The notes under the pieces: generated by a model | What the model was told of the DNA's origin: nothing | The model's database searches: none | Seen by the model: the letters and a program-made list of their open reading frames with translations, nothing else | Assembly (NCBI GenBank): GCA_009697485.1 | Contig: SICY01000001.1 | Location: 1-55,419, forward strand | Direction: 5' to 3' | Length of the DNA: 55,419 nt | Origin: Nitrosarchaeum sp. | GTDB lineage: Archaea; Thermoproteota; Nitrososphaeria; Nitrososphaerales; Nitrosopumilaceae | In this document: piece after piece, positions 30,050-38,935 of the stretch | How positions within the stretch are numbered: position 1 is the stretch's first letter | Layout: each line of letters opens with the position of its first letter | Position numbers and translations under genes: made by a program

Positions 30050-31717
30050 ATGGGACTTAATTATTATCAAATCAAGAAAAATGTTCTACGAGCCCGTAAA
30101 TTAGTGATTAAAGCAACAAATAGTGCAGGTTCTGGTCATCCTGGAGGTTCTTTTTCTATGGCTGAAATTCTAGGATGTTTATTTTACAAACACCTGCAAT
30201 ATGACCCTAAAAATCCCCAATGGGATGATCGAGATCGATTAATCTTATCTAAAGGACATGCCGCGCCTGGGCTGTTTTCAAACATGGCTGTTGCAGGTTA
30301 TTTCCCAGAATCTGAACTTGAAACTTTAAGAAAATTTGGTAGTAGATTACAGGGGCATCCTGACCTAAAATGTCCTGGGGTTGAATTTTGTGGTGGCTCA
30401 TTAGGTACTGGGTTGTCTTATTCTGTAGGTGTTGCACTTGCTGCAAAGATTGATGGTAAGAATCACCATATCTATACTATAATGGGTGATGGTGAGTCTG
30501 ATGAAGGACAAGTATGGGAAGCTGCAATGACTGCTGCAAAATACAAAGTAGATAATCTTACGGCCTTTTTGGATAGAAATTTCATCCAACAGGATTCTTA
30601 CACTGAAAAAATTATGCCATTAGATGAAAAATTGGAAGGTGATGATATTTCTGAAATGTGGAAAGATGCATCAAGATGGAAAACTGGTGATAAATGGAGA
30701 TCATTTGGTTGGAATGTAATTGAAATAGATGGACACCGAATTGAACAAATTGACGCTGCAATTACTAAAGCAAATTCAACAAAAGGTATTCCCTCAATAA
30801 TTATTGCTAGAACAATTAAGGGGAAAGGAGTTGAACATATGGAAGATAATCCCCAATGGCATGGAAAAGCTCCCGATTCTGATGTATCACCAATAATTAA
30901 TTTAGAACTTGATTCTCAGTTTATGATTGCACCTTCAATCATTGCAGGTGATATGACAAATCTGGAAAATGAAATAAAACGCTGTGTAACTGGAAGAGCT
31001 GATTACATTCATCTTGATGTAATGGATGGACAATTTGTTCCGACCAAAACTTTTGATCATAGAAAAATCCAAGAATTACGATCTTTAACCGTAATTCCAT
31101 TTGATTCTCATTTGATGATTAACGAACCTGTAAAACATGTTGGAGACTATGTTGAAGCAGGGAGTGATATCATTACAGTTCATGTTGAAGTTTGTGATGA
31201 ATCAAGCTTTGGTGAAATCCATGATTTGTTAAAACAGAACCAAGTTGGTATAGGTCTTGCAATCAATCCAGACACTGAACTTCCTGAGTGGTCTTACAAA
31301 TTCATATCTACACTTGATCAACTCATTGTAATGTCTGTTGTACCTGGAAAATCAGGTCAAAAATACATTGAAGAAACACATGGAAAAATGATTAGATTGA
31401 ATACCATTCTAAATGAGCACAATTTTTCAGGCTGTATTGAAGCTGATGGCGGTGTAACTCTTGATAATATTGGTTCCTGTTTTACAGATGGTGCTAGATC
31501 TTTTGTAGGCGGCAGCGCAATTATTGGAAAACAAGATGTACGCGGTGCTATAAAGGATTTTAGAAATCAAGTTCTCAAAACAAAACGAAAAATCTTGCTT
31601 GATAAAGCAAATGAATTGGGAGGTTCTACTCTTGTAAAGAAATGGATTGGATTACATGTTGTTGGTGAAAAACAAGAGCAGATTAAAAAAATAGCAGAAG
31701 AGGCAGGTTATCTTTGA
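30050..31717 (+). CDS. Transketolase N-terminal subunit fused to ribulose-phosphate 3-epimerase
   Basis: SGHPGG, SKGHA, GDGESDEG (TPP), then APSI, HLDVMDG, HLM, MSVVPG, DGG (RPE). Start at 30029 or 30050. Confidence 0.92.
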   Translation: MGLNYYQIKKNVLRARKLVIKATNSAGSGHPGGSFSMAEILGCLFYKHLQYDPKNPQWDDRDRLILSKGHAAPGLFSNMAVAGYFPESELETLRKFGSRLQGHPDLKCPGVEFCGGSLGTGLSYSVGVALAAKIDGKNHHIYTIMGDGESDEGQVWEAAMTAAKYKVDNLTAFLDRNFIQQDSYTEKIMPLDEKLEGDDISEMWKDASRWKTGDKWRSFGWNVIEIDGHRIEQIDAAITKANSTKGIPSIIIARTIKGKGVEHMEDNPQWHGKAPDSDVSPIINLELDSQFMIAPSIIAGDMTNLENEIKRCVTGRADYIHLDVMDGQFVPTKTFDHRKIQELRSLTVIPFDSHLMINEPVKHVGDYVEAGSDIITVHVEVCDESSFGEIHDLLKQNQVGIGLAINPDTELPEWSYKFISTLDQLIVMSVVPGKSGQKYIEETHGKMIRLNTILNEHNFSGCIEADGGVTLDNIGSCFTDGARSFVGGSAIIGKQDVRGAIKDFRNQVLKTKRKILLDKANELGGSTLVKKWIGLHVVGEKQEQIKKIAEEAGYL

Positions 31718-32688
31718 ACCCTCCAATCATGACTGATATGCGTTCAGAGTATTCAAAAACGCTAATTGAACTTGGACGAGAAAATCCAAATATAGTAGTT
31801 TTGGGTGCAGATACAACTGATTCTCTTAAAACTTCTGGATTTGGTAAGATATTTCCAAATAGATTCTTTAATGTGGGAATCGCAGAGGCAAATTTAATTT
31901 CTCTATCTACTGGTCTTGCAGCTTCTGGAAAAATATCGTTTGCTAGTACTTATGCAATATTTCTGCCTGGACGTGCAGTGGATCAAATAAGAAATGGAAT
32001 TGCTTACCCTTCTCCTGGAAACAAAAAAGGTCTCAATGTAAAATTAGTTGTCTCTCACGGTGGATTGTCTGTTGGACCTGATGGTGGTTCTCATCAACAA
32101 ATTGAAGATATTGCAATTATGCGAGTAATTCCAAATTTTCGTGTATTCATACCTGCTGATACTTTTGCAGTTTCAAAATTAACTAGATTGATGGCAAATG
32201 AATATGGTCCATTTTACATGAGAATGGCAAGATCAAATACTCCAATAGTTCATTCTGAATCTCAAGATTTCCAAATTGGTAAAGGAATTACAATTCGTGA
32301 TGGTTCTGATTGCACTATAGCTGCATGTGGTATAACAGTAAGAATGGCACTTGAAGCAGCTGAGTCATTACAACAAGAAGGAATTTCCTGTAGAGTATTA
32401 GACATGTTTTCTGTAAAGCCAATTGATGCTGAACTCTTGGAAAAAGCAGCACGGGAAACTGGGGGTATAGTTACTTGTGAAGAACACAATATCTTAGGAG
32501 GTATGGGTTCTGCAGTTACAGAATCTGTTTCTGAGAGATACCCTGTTACAATAAAACGAATAGGTGCTCAAGACATGTTTGGTGAGTCTGCTAGAGATAA
32601 TGAAATTCCACTGCTTTTAGAAAAACATGGAATAACATCTTTTAATATAGCAAAACAAGTAAAAGAAATAAGGAGTAGAAAATTATGA
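31714..32688 (+). CDS. Transketolase C-terminal subunit
   Basis: NVGIAEAN, GPDGGSHQ, EEH. Confidence 0.92.
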   Translation: MNPPIMTDMRSEYSKTLIELGRENPNIVVLGADTTDSLKTSGFGKIFPNRFFNVGIAEANLISLSTGLAASGKISFASTYAIFLPGRAVDQIRNGIAYPSPGNKKGLNVKLVVSHGGLSVGPDGGSHQQIEDIAIMRVIPNFRVFIPADTFAVSKLTRLMANEYGPFYMRMARSNTPIVHSESQDFQIGKGITIRDGSDCTIAACGITVRMALEAAESLQQEGISCRVLDMFSVKPIDAELLEKAARETGGIVTCEEHNILGGMGSAVTESVSERYPVTIKRIGAQDMFGESARDNEIPLLLEKHGITSFNIAKQVKEIRSRKL

Positions 32689-33341
32689 AAATTTTTCTTG
32701 ACACTGCGAATCTAGAATCAATCAGAAAGTTCAACGATATGGGTCTGTTAGATGGTATTACAACAAACCCCTCTCTCATGTCTAAAGAAGATGGTAATCC
32801 AAAAGACATCATGGCAGAAATCACAAAAATCATCAAAGGTGATGTCAGCTTGGAAGTTGTAAGTACCGAATATTCTGGAATGATTGAAGAAGGTAAACGT
32901 CTACGTCAATATGGTAAAAATGTTGTTGTAAAAGTTCCTATGACTCCTGATGGCTTGAAAGCATGCAAACATCTAACATCTGAAGGAATACCTGTAAATG
33001 TCACATTGATTTTTTCTCCAAATCAAGCATTACTTGCAGCAAAATCAGGTGCAAAATATGTTAGTCCATTTATTGGTAGATTAGATGATATTGGTAAAGA
33101 TGGAATGAATTTGATTAAAGACATTAAGAAAATATTTGACAATTATAAGGATGATTTTCAAACACAGATTCTTGTTGCAAGTATTCGTCATCCAATACAT
33201 GTTATTGATGCAGCAAAAATTGGGGCCCATGTGGTAACTCTACCTCCTGCAGTTTTAGATAAAATGTTACAACACCCTCTGACTGATATTGGGCTAGAAA
33301 ATTTTCTATCTGATTGGAAAAAACTGAAAACAGGAATTTGA
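32685..33341 (+). CDS. tal: Transaldolase (short Fsa/TalC type)
   Basis: IFLDTA, GITTNPS, VVKVP, SPFIGRLDD, ASIR. Confidence 0.92.
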   Translation: MKIFLDTANLESIRKFNDMGLLDGITTNPSLMSKEDGNPKDIMAEITKIIKGDVSLEVVSTEYSGMIEEGKRLRQYGKNVVVKVPMTPDGLKACKHLTSEGIPVNVTLIFSPNQALLAAKSGAKYVSPFIGRLDDIGKDGMNLIKDIKKIFDNYKDDFQTQILVASIRHPIHVIDAAKIGAHVVTLPPAVLDKMLQHPLTDIGLENFLSDWKKLKTGI

Positions 33342-33404
33342 TATCAAAATTCACGTATCATAGATTAGAATAATATTTTTAAAAATGAAAATTGAGGTTT
33401 TTAA

Positions 33405-33674
33405 TTATTGGTCTTTTTTTGTGCTCTTTCTTGAACCAGTTCCTCTACCTGTACTTCTGGTCATTCCCTCAGTTGACGGTCTTGGTTTTGAATCTGGCAT
33501 ATCTCCTAATCTTTTTGAACCAGTTCCTCTACCTGTGTGAACCATTCTGTTTGCTGCCTGTTTTTTCTTTTCAGCTTGTACTTTTTGGTATGCATCTCCG
33601 GCCCACTCTTTTCCACCGTCGTCCACTTCTCTTGTTCCTGTACCTCTACCTGTTCTAATTCTAATTTTTCCCAT
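33405..33674 (-). CDS. Small basic disordered protein with three TGRGTG repeats
   Basis: 89 aa; repeats stay in frame; AT-rich TATA-like sequence upstream. Confidence 0.7.
   Translation of the reverse strand: MGKIRIRTGRGTGTREVDDGGKEWAGDAYQKVQAEKKKQAANRMVHTGRGTGSKRLGDMPDSKPRPSTEGMTRSTGRGTGSRKSTKKDQ
33431..33653. repeat. 22-nt direct repeat x3 (coding)
   Basis: TTGAACCAGTTCCTCTACCTGT exact at 33431 and 33515; 4-mismatch copy at 33632. Confidence 0.85.
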
Positions 33675-34052
33675 AATTGAGGTTATTGTATCTTGTATTT
33701 ATTTAAGCTCATTATCCAGAAAAACAAAAAGAAATGGTAACCACGGACGCATTCAATTTATAGCAATTTGCACTTCAAAAAATCTAATTTTTTATAAGTT
33801 AAGGTTTCAATACATGACAAAAATACTATTAATGTACATTTTATGACATCTAAAATTGAATTAAGATGTTATCTGGAGGATCGTTCTTTTATCTTTTATA
33901 CTTAAGAAGGATGTTTTGCAATCAATCATCATTTTAATATCTGTAATAATGTGAAAAAAACTTAGTGTAGTTGTACTATATGATAATCTAACACTATCTT
34001 TAACTAAAGTAAAAATTAGTCTTCATGAAAAATTATTGGATTGAATTATTTT

Positions 34053-35078
34053 TTAATAATTAATCCAACCAAGTTTTTTAAAATAAACAAACATTAATGC
34101 TGTTGGTATTAATGCTGCCAGAATTATTACTATGAATACTGTATATGGTCCTAAAAGCGTTGGAATATTACCAATATCCATAATCCCACCAGGTAAATTC
34201 ACGTTCATTCCATAAAATGTTGCAATAGCTGTTCCAGGAATTGAAAGTGTGAAAATTATTGTTAATGCCGCAAGTATTTTGTTTGTTTTTTCAGTACTTA
34301 GCATGAAATCTGTATCTTTGTAAATCTCCATTGTTTCTCTAGATTCCTCTAGAGTTTCAATCACTTTGTCAATATGATCAATTATATCGTCAAAATACAA
34401 TGAAAGATCCTCCTCGTCTGAAAATCTCTTAATATTTTTAGCAATCTCTAATACGAATTTTTTTAATGGGTTTGCTATTCTTCTCATTATGTTGATTTCT
34501 CTTCTAAGTAACGCAATACTTTTTGCAACTGATTTTGTTTCATCAAATACTTCATCCTCAAGATCATCCAAATTAGCAATTACTTTTCTTGATATGTGTA
34601 ATAGATCGTCTACTAGAATATCTATTATTTCGTGAAGTAGATATCCTGATGATTTTTCAAGTAATCTTTCTTTTCTATGTTGATCCGAGTCATTTTTGCA
34701 AATATTCACTAAATCCACTAATGGTTTTAAATCTCCTTGATGAACAGTTACTAGAAAATCTTTTCCTATGAATATGGAAAGTTGACTATTTCTTGAACTT
34801 CCAGGTTGTTGTAAGAGTGGTGGAAAATGTAATATCACAAAGAAATGGTCATCATAACTATCTAATTTTGGAAGCTCAAATTTAGTCATACAGTCTTCAA
34901 TGTTTAATGTGTTGAAACTATATTTCTCAGCTAATTTTTCAACATCGCTTCTATCTGGACTTTGTAAATCTGTCCATAAAAATTTCTTACCTTGAACTGT
35001 TTCTATCTTTCTTTCCACCGATACTCCCATAAATTTTTTTCCAACATGCAGTCGATTAGCGATAAATCCTTTCTTCAA
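34053..35078 (-). CDS. corA: CorA-family Mg2+/Co2+ transporter
   Basis: YGMN signature, two C-terminal TM segments, KKLGWI. Confidence 0.93.
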   Translation of the reverse strand: MKKGFIANRLHVGKKFMGVSVERKIETVQGKKFLWTDLQSPDRSDVEKLAEKYSFNTLNIEDCMTKFELPKLDSYDDHFFVILHFPPLLQQPGSSRNSQLSIFIGKDFLVTVHQGDLKPLVDLVNICKNDSDQHRKERLLEKSSGYLLHEIIDILVDDLLHISRKVIANLDDLEDEVFDETKSVAKSIALLRREINIMRRIANPLKKFVLEIAKNIKRFSDEEDLSLYFDDIIDHIDKVIETLEESRETMEIYKDTDFMLSTEKTNKILAALTIIFTLSIPGTAIATFYGMNVNLPGGIMDIGNIPTLLGPYTVFIVIILAALIPTALMFVYFKKLGWINY

Positions 35079-35180
35079 GTTGAATGATAACTTAATTCAA
35101 CAAATTTAAAGCGATCGTTATTTTGATAAAAAATTCTAACGATTCATTAGAATCAATAATTTGACATCTGAAATTTTAGA

Positions 35181-35261
35181 TTATTTCCACGGTAGTAAGT
35201 AATTAACGCCAATCCATGTGAGCCCAATTGTTATTCCCATAGCTACCCACCAAAATTTCAT
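35181..35261 (-). CDS. Putative 26-aa single-TM microprotein
   Basis: MKFWWVAMGITIGLTWIGVNYLLPWK*; alternative start at 35276. Below the ORF-track cutoff. Confidence 0.5.
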   Translation of the reverse strand: MKFWWVAMGITIGLTWIGVNYLLPWK

Positions 35262-35358
35262 AACTAGAATTTTCATTGGTTAATAATAAATCTACAGGCT
35301 AATTTTCATCATATTAAAATCAAAGATTATTACAGGATACCAGATTTTTTATTCTTGT

Positions 35359-35431
35359 GGCCCTCGTAGTACAGTGGCTAGTATAGGGGACTGTGGATCC
35401 CCGGACAGGGTTTCGATTACCCTCGAGGGCC
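35359..35431 (+). tRNA. tRNA-His(GUG)
   Basis: Encoded G-1, acceptor GCCCTCG/CGAGGGC, C73, anticodon arm GGGGA-CT GTG GA-TCCCC. Confidence 0.93.
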
Positions 35432-35442
35432 TACGTAATTTT

Positions 35443-35790
35443 TTAAAACATACCGTATTTACTTGATTCCATCTCTTCTTTAATGGCCAATTTGAATCGA
35501 GAAGTTTTACCCTCTAAATTGTTTGTAAGCCATGTGAGAAATTTTTTCTCCATGCCCTTTCCTTTCAATCTGTCAAAATCTGATCCCATTTGATCAACGA
35601 GTTTTTCTACCAATGTTTTGTTAACACTTACAACAAAAAAATGCCATCCAAATGCGAATTCTGAATCTGTCATTACAAAATCCTCTTGACTATGAACCAT
35701 CTCTTCTAAAAGAAAAAGTTGTTGTGTTATTGCCTTACTTGTTTTATCATAATCTACGGCAGATACGTTGATGTTTATTTTGCCTACCAT
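35443..35790 (-). CDS. Hypothetical protein
   Basis: Clean 115-aa ORF; no motif recognised. Confidence 0.7.
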   Translation of the reverse strand: MVGKININVSAVDYDKTSKAITQQLFLLEEMVHSQEDFVMTDSEFAFGWHFFVVSVNKTLVEKLVDQMGSDFDRLKGKGMEKKFLTWLTNNLEGKTSRFKLAIKEEMESSKYGMF

Positions 35791-35830
35791 GATTGTATCT
35801 GGTCAACACAAAATAAAAGGATTACATCAA

Positions 35831-36589
35831 TTATTTTAAAAGATGTTCAAAATCAATACCGAAGTGTGTTTTCATGATGTCTATATATGTCTGAATAGAT
35901 TCAGGGATTTTTTCTCCACAAGAGATTCCTAAATTCCTTGCATTAATCCAAATTACTAAAGTCTGAATGATTGTTAAAAATCTGTCATTTCCAATTTCAG
36001 GAGTGCTGATTGCTTTTGTGTATCTCTCTGCAAATTCCCATGCAGTTACAAAATTCACGCATTTTACCCCAAAAATTTCTAACAATTGTTCTTGCAAACT
36101 ATTTGCTTTCTTGAAAGGAATTTGGTTAATTATATAGGGAAATTCTACTTTTTCAGGAAGGCAATCTGGTAAGGGTCCCCAAATTGTGATTATTTTTGTA
36201 CCATGTTTTAGATTCTTGAATTTATTCATCATGTGCTTGATAATTTCTTCATTAGTAAACCAAAACAAAATTACAGTGGCATCAGAAATATTTGCATTCT
36301 GTATATCTTCCCAAATTAATTCTCCTGAAAGACTATCTTGATTTAAACTGTCTTTTGCTTGTTTGATTTTATCTGGATTATTATCTATACCTACAGCCTT
36401 TTTTACATTGTATTCTTTCAAGGATAACATGATTCCTCTTCCATTCCCACATCCAAGATGATAAAAAATATCATTTTTTCCTAAATTTACAAAATTAAAA
36501 ATTTCTCTAAACGACCTATCTGATAATTGGACATCTTCTCCACTAACTATGTTTTCTGGTAGTGATTTTAGATATTCTTCTATTTTCAA
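35831..36589 (-). CDS. SAM-dependent methyltransferase (DOT1/aKMT-like) with C-terminal helical extension
   Basis: FYHLGCGNG, VGID, DATVI, LKHGTKI. Confidence 0.75.
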   Translation of the reverse strand: MKIEEYLKSLPENIVSGEDVQLSDRSFREIFNFVNLGKNDIFYHLGCGNGRGIMLSLKEYNVKKAVGIDNNPDKIKQAKDSLNQDSLSGELIWEDIQNANISDATVILFWFTNEEIIKHMMNKFKNLKHGTKIITIWGPLPDCLPEKVEFPYIINQIPFKKANSLQEQLLEIFGVKCVNFVTAWEFAERYTKAISTPEIGNDRFLTIIQTLVIWINARNLGISCGEKIPESIQTYIDIMKTHFGIDFEHLLK

Positions 36590-36614
36590 TATTAGGATTA
36601 AAACAATATGGGAT

Positions 36615-36884
36615 TTATTCTCTTATGCTTTCAAGCTTTGAGACTGCTTGCCATAATTGTGTTCTTACATATGAAGGCATATTGGGATCTTGTGTTACAT
36701 CATCTAACAAGCTAATTGTATTGTTAGCTCTGACTGATAGCGAATATTCCTCATTATTCAAATCTACTATCAAATCAGTAATAGATTTTTTAATTGTCTT
36801 GGGTGTTGAATAGTTTGTAGCAATTTGGTTTAGTGTTTCTATTGCTTCTTTCATCGCTTCTTTGTTTTGTTTATCACCACTCAT
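36615..36884 (-). CDS. UPF0147 family protein
   Basis: DPNMPSYVRTQLW..VS.LE signature. Confidence 0.88.
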   Translation of the reverse strand: MSGDKQNKEAMKEAIETLNQIATNYSTPKTIKKSITDLIVDLNNEEYSLSVRANNTISLLDDVTQDPNMPSYVRTQLWQAVSKLESIRE

Positions 36885-36920
36885 TTTTTACACCATTTCT
36901 TGAAAATTTGAAGTATATAG

Positions 36921-37229
36921 TTACATCTCTACAAATACGTTGTCTGATTCTATAGAAACATTGTATGATGCTAAATCTCTGATTTTAGCAGGAAATTTAA
37001 CTAATTTACCGGTTTTACAATCAAATTCAGCTTTATGCCATCCGCATATCACTTTACAGCCATCTAATTTTCCTTCTGAAAGACTTGCACCTGAATGAGT
37101 ACAAGAATCATCCATGGCACAATAATCACCATCAATATTTGCAACCATTATCTCTTTACCATCTACAGAAACTTTGATCATTTTTCCAGGAGTAATATCT
37201 GTGGTTTTTCCAGCTATTATTTTACCCAT
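36921..37229 (-). CDS. Rieske [2Fe-2S] ferredoxin
   Basis: CTH...CGWH. Confidence 0.9.
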   Translation of the reverse strand: MGKIIAGKTTDITPGKMIKVSVDGKEIMVANIDGDYCAMDDSCTHSGASLSEGKLDGCKVICGWHKAEFDCKTGKLVKFPAKIRDLASYNVSIESDNVFVEM

Positions 37230-37268
37230 TATGGTTTTTAGTCTATCATTCTTAATATTTTTTCGTAT

Positions 37269-38054
37269 ATGGAGACAATAGTGATTAGAGATGCAATAAA
37301 CTCAGATAAATTTTCTGTATTGAATTTTTGTAAAGATACTTTTTCATGGGGTGATTATATTCAAGATGTTTGGGATTATTGGTTATCTGAAGGTAATTTA
37401 CTCCTTATTGAAAAACAATATCCTGTTGGTGCATGTCATGCATTTTTCTCTAAAAATCAAGTATGGATTGAAGGAATCAGAATTAACTCAAATTTTCGTA
37501 GACAAGGTTTTGCTTCAAAATTAGTTATGCATATAGAATTACTTGCTAAAGAAAAACAGATGCTATCTTCATTCATGCTTATTGATACTGAAAATTTACC
37601 CTCTATTTCAATGGCAAAAAGTCTCAATTATGAGATATTTCAAACTTGGAATTTTTATTCTCTTTCTCCTCAGATTAATAATAGTCATAAAATACAGTTT
37701 GGTAATGTTTTAAATTCTACGACAACTCATTATGTAAAATCGTGGAGATGGTTAGTTTTAGATGAAGAAACTTTACTTTCGTTATCAGAACAAAATAAAA
37801 TAATTTTTTCAGACAAGTTTGGTGATATCTCAACTGCAATTATGACTGATTCAGAACATTTTGATAAAACTCTGATTGTAACCTTATTTTCAGGTTCTCA
37901 AAATAACACTTTAGATCTTGTTTCATACATACAAAATTATGGTGCAGAAAAAAACTATCAAAAAATACAAATCTTGACTAAAGAGAAATTACCTTTTTTA
38001 CATACTCTAGAACATAAAATCACATTTAACCTAATGCAAAAATTTTTGCACTAA
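37269..38054 (+). CDS. GNAT family acetyltransferase
   Basis: WIEGIRINSNFRRQGFA. Confidence 0.82.
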   Translation: METIVIRDAINSDKFSVLNFCKDTFSWGDYIQDVWDYWLSEGNLLLIEKQYPVGACHAFFSKNQVWIEGIRINSNFRRQGFASKLVMHIELLAKEKQMLSSFMLIDTENLPSISMAKSLNYEIFQTWNFYSLSPQINNSHKIQFGNVLNSTTTHYVKSWRWLVLDEETLLSLSEQNKIIFSDKFGDISTAIMTDSEHFDKTLIVTLFSGSQNNTLDLVSYIQNYGAEKNYQKIQILTKEKLPFLHTLEHKITFNLMQKFLH

Positions 38055-38935
38055 TTATTACTCACAAATCTAATTGTATTTTTTAAAATTCCTAATTTTT
38101 CAATTTCCATTTCTATTTTATCCCCATTTTTAAGAAATACTGCGTTTGGTTTGTTTAGCATGACTCCGGCAGGGGTTCCTGTCGAAATGATGTCTCCTTT
38201 TTCAAGAGTCATTACTTTGCTTAATTTGGATACTATTTCTGGTATTTTTATGCACATGTTATTTGTCGATGAATTTTGTCGTATCTCTCCATTGATTTTA
38301 GTTGTCAGTTTTAAGTTCTGTGGGTCTTTGATCTCATCTGATGTTGTTATCCATGGTCCAGATGGTGCAAATGTATCGAAACTTTTTCCTCTGGTGAACT
38401 GTTTATCTTTGAATTGGATGTCTCTTGCTGAAACATCATTTAGAATCATATATCCGAATATTGCCTCTTTTGCTTGCTCTTCGTTGATATTTTTGCAATT
38501 TTTACCTATTATCAAGGCTAATTCTACTTCGTAGTCCAACTGAGTGACAAAATCAGGACAAACTATGTCTGATTCTGTACCTGTTAGAGTAGTTCTTGGC
38601 TTTAGAACTATAGCTGGCTCCTCCGGTGGTAACAGATTTTGTTCTTTCGCATGATCTACATAATTATAAGCTAAACAGATGATCTTATTCGGATTTGGAA
38701 TTGGGCTTGATAATTTAAATTTTGAAATATTTTCTTTATATGGCAAAGCATCCAACTGTTCTTTGATTTCATCATACCATCCATCAAAAAGAAAATCTTT
38801 GATGCTTTGTGGAATTGGAACTCCTGTCTGATAAGTTATTTCATCTTTTGTTGCAACTTTATCTCCTTTTACAAAACCATATGTCTCACTATTTTCATGG
38901 AATAGTCGCGCTATCTTCATAATTTTCTCACTCAC
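38051..38935 (-). CDS. Fumarylacetoacetate hydrolase family protein
   Basis: NYVDH, DYEVEL, NDVSARD, KSFDTF, GDIISTGTP. Confidence 0.92.
   Translation of the reverse strand: MSEKIMKIARLFHENSETYGFVKGDKVATKDEITYQTGVPIPQSIKDFLFDGWYDEIKEQLDALPYKENISKFKLSSPIPNPNKIICLAYNYVDHAKEQNLLPPEEPAIVLKPRTTLTGTESDIVCPDFVTQLDYEVELALIIGKNCKNINEEQAKEAIFGYMILNDVSARDIQFKDKQFTRGKSFDTFAPSGPWITTSDEIKDPQNLKLTTKINGEIRQNSSTNNMCIKIPEIVSKLSKVMTLEKGDIISTGTPAGVMLNKPNAVFLKNGDKIEMEIEKLGILKNTIRFVSNN

Noticed and set aside
33431-33653. 22-nt direct repeats resembling a mini-CRISPR
   Set aside because: Periods of 84 and 117 nt are multiples of 3 inside an ORF; spacers are too long and unequal; no cas genes.
33843-33964. Possible pseudogene remnant (MTSKIELRCYLEDRSFIFYT*EGCF...) in the long intergenic gap
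   Set aside because: No recognisable family; compatible with random AT-rich sequence.
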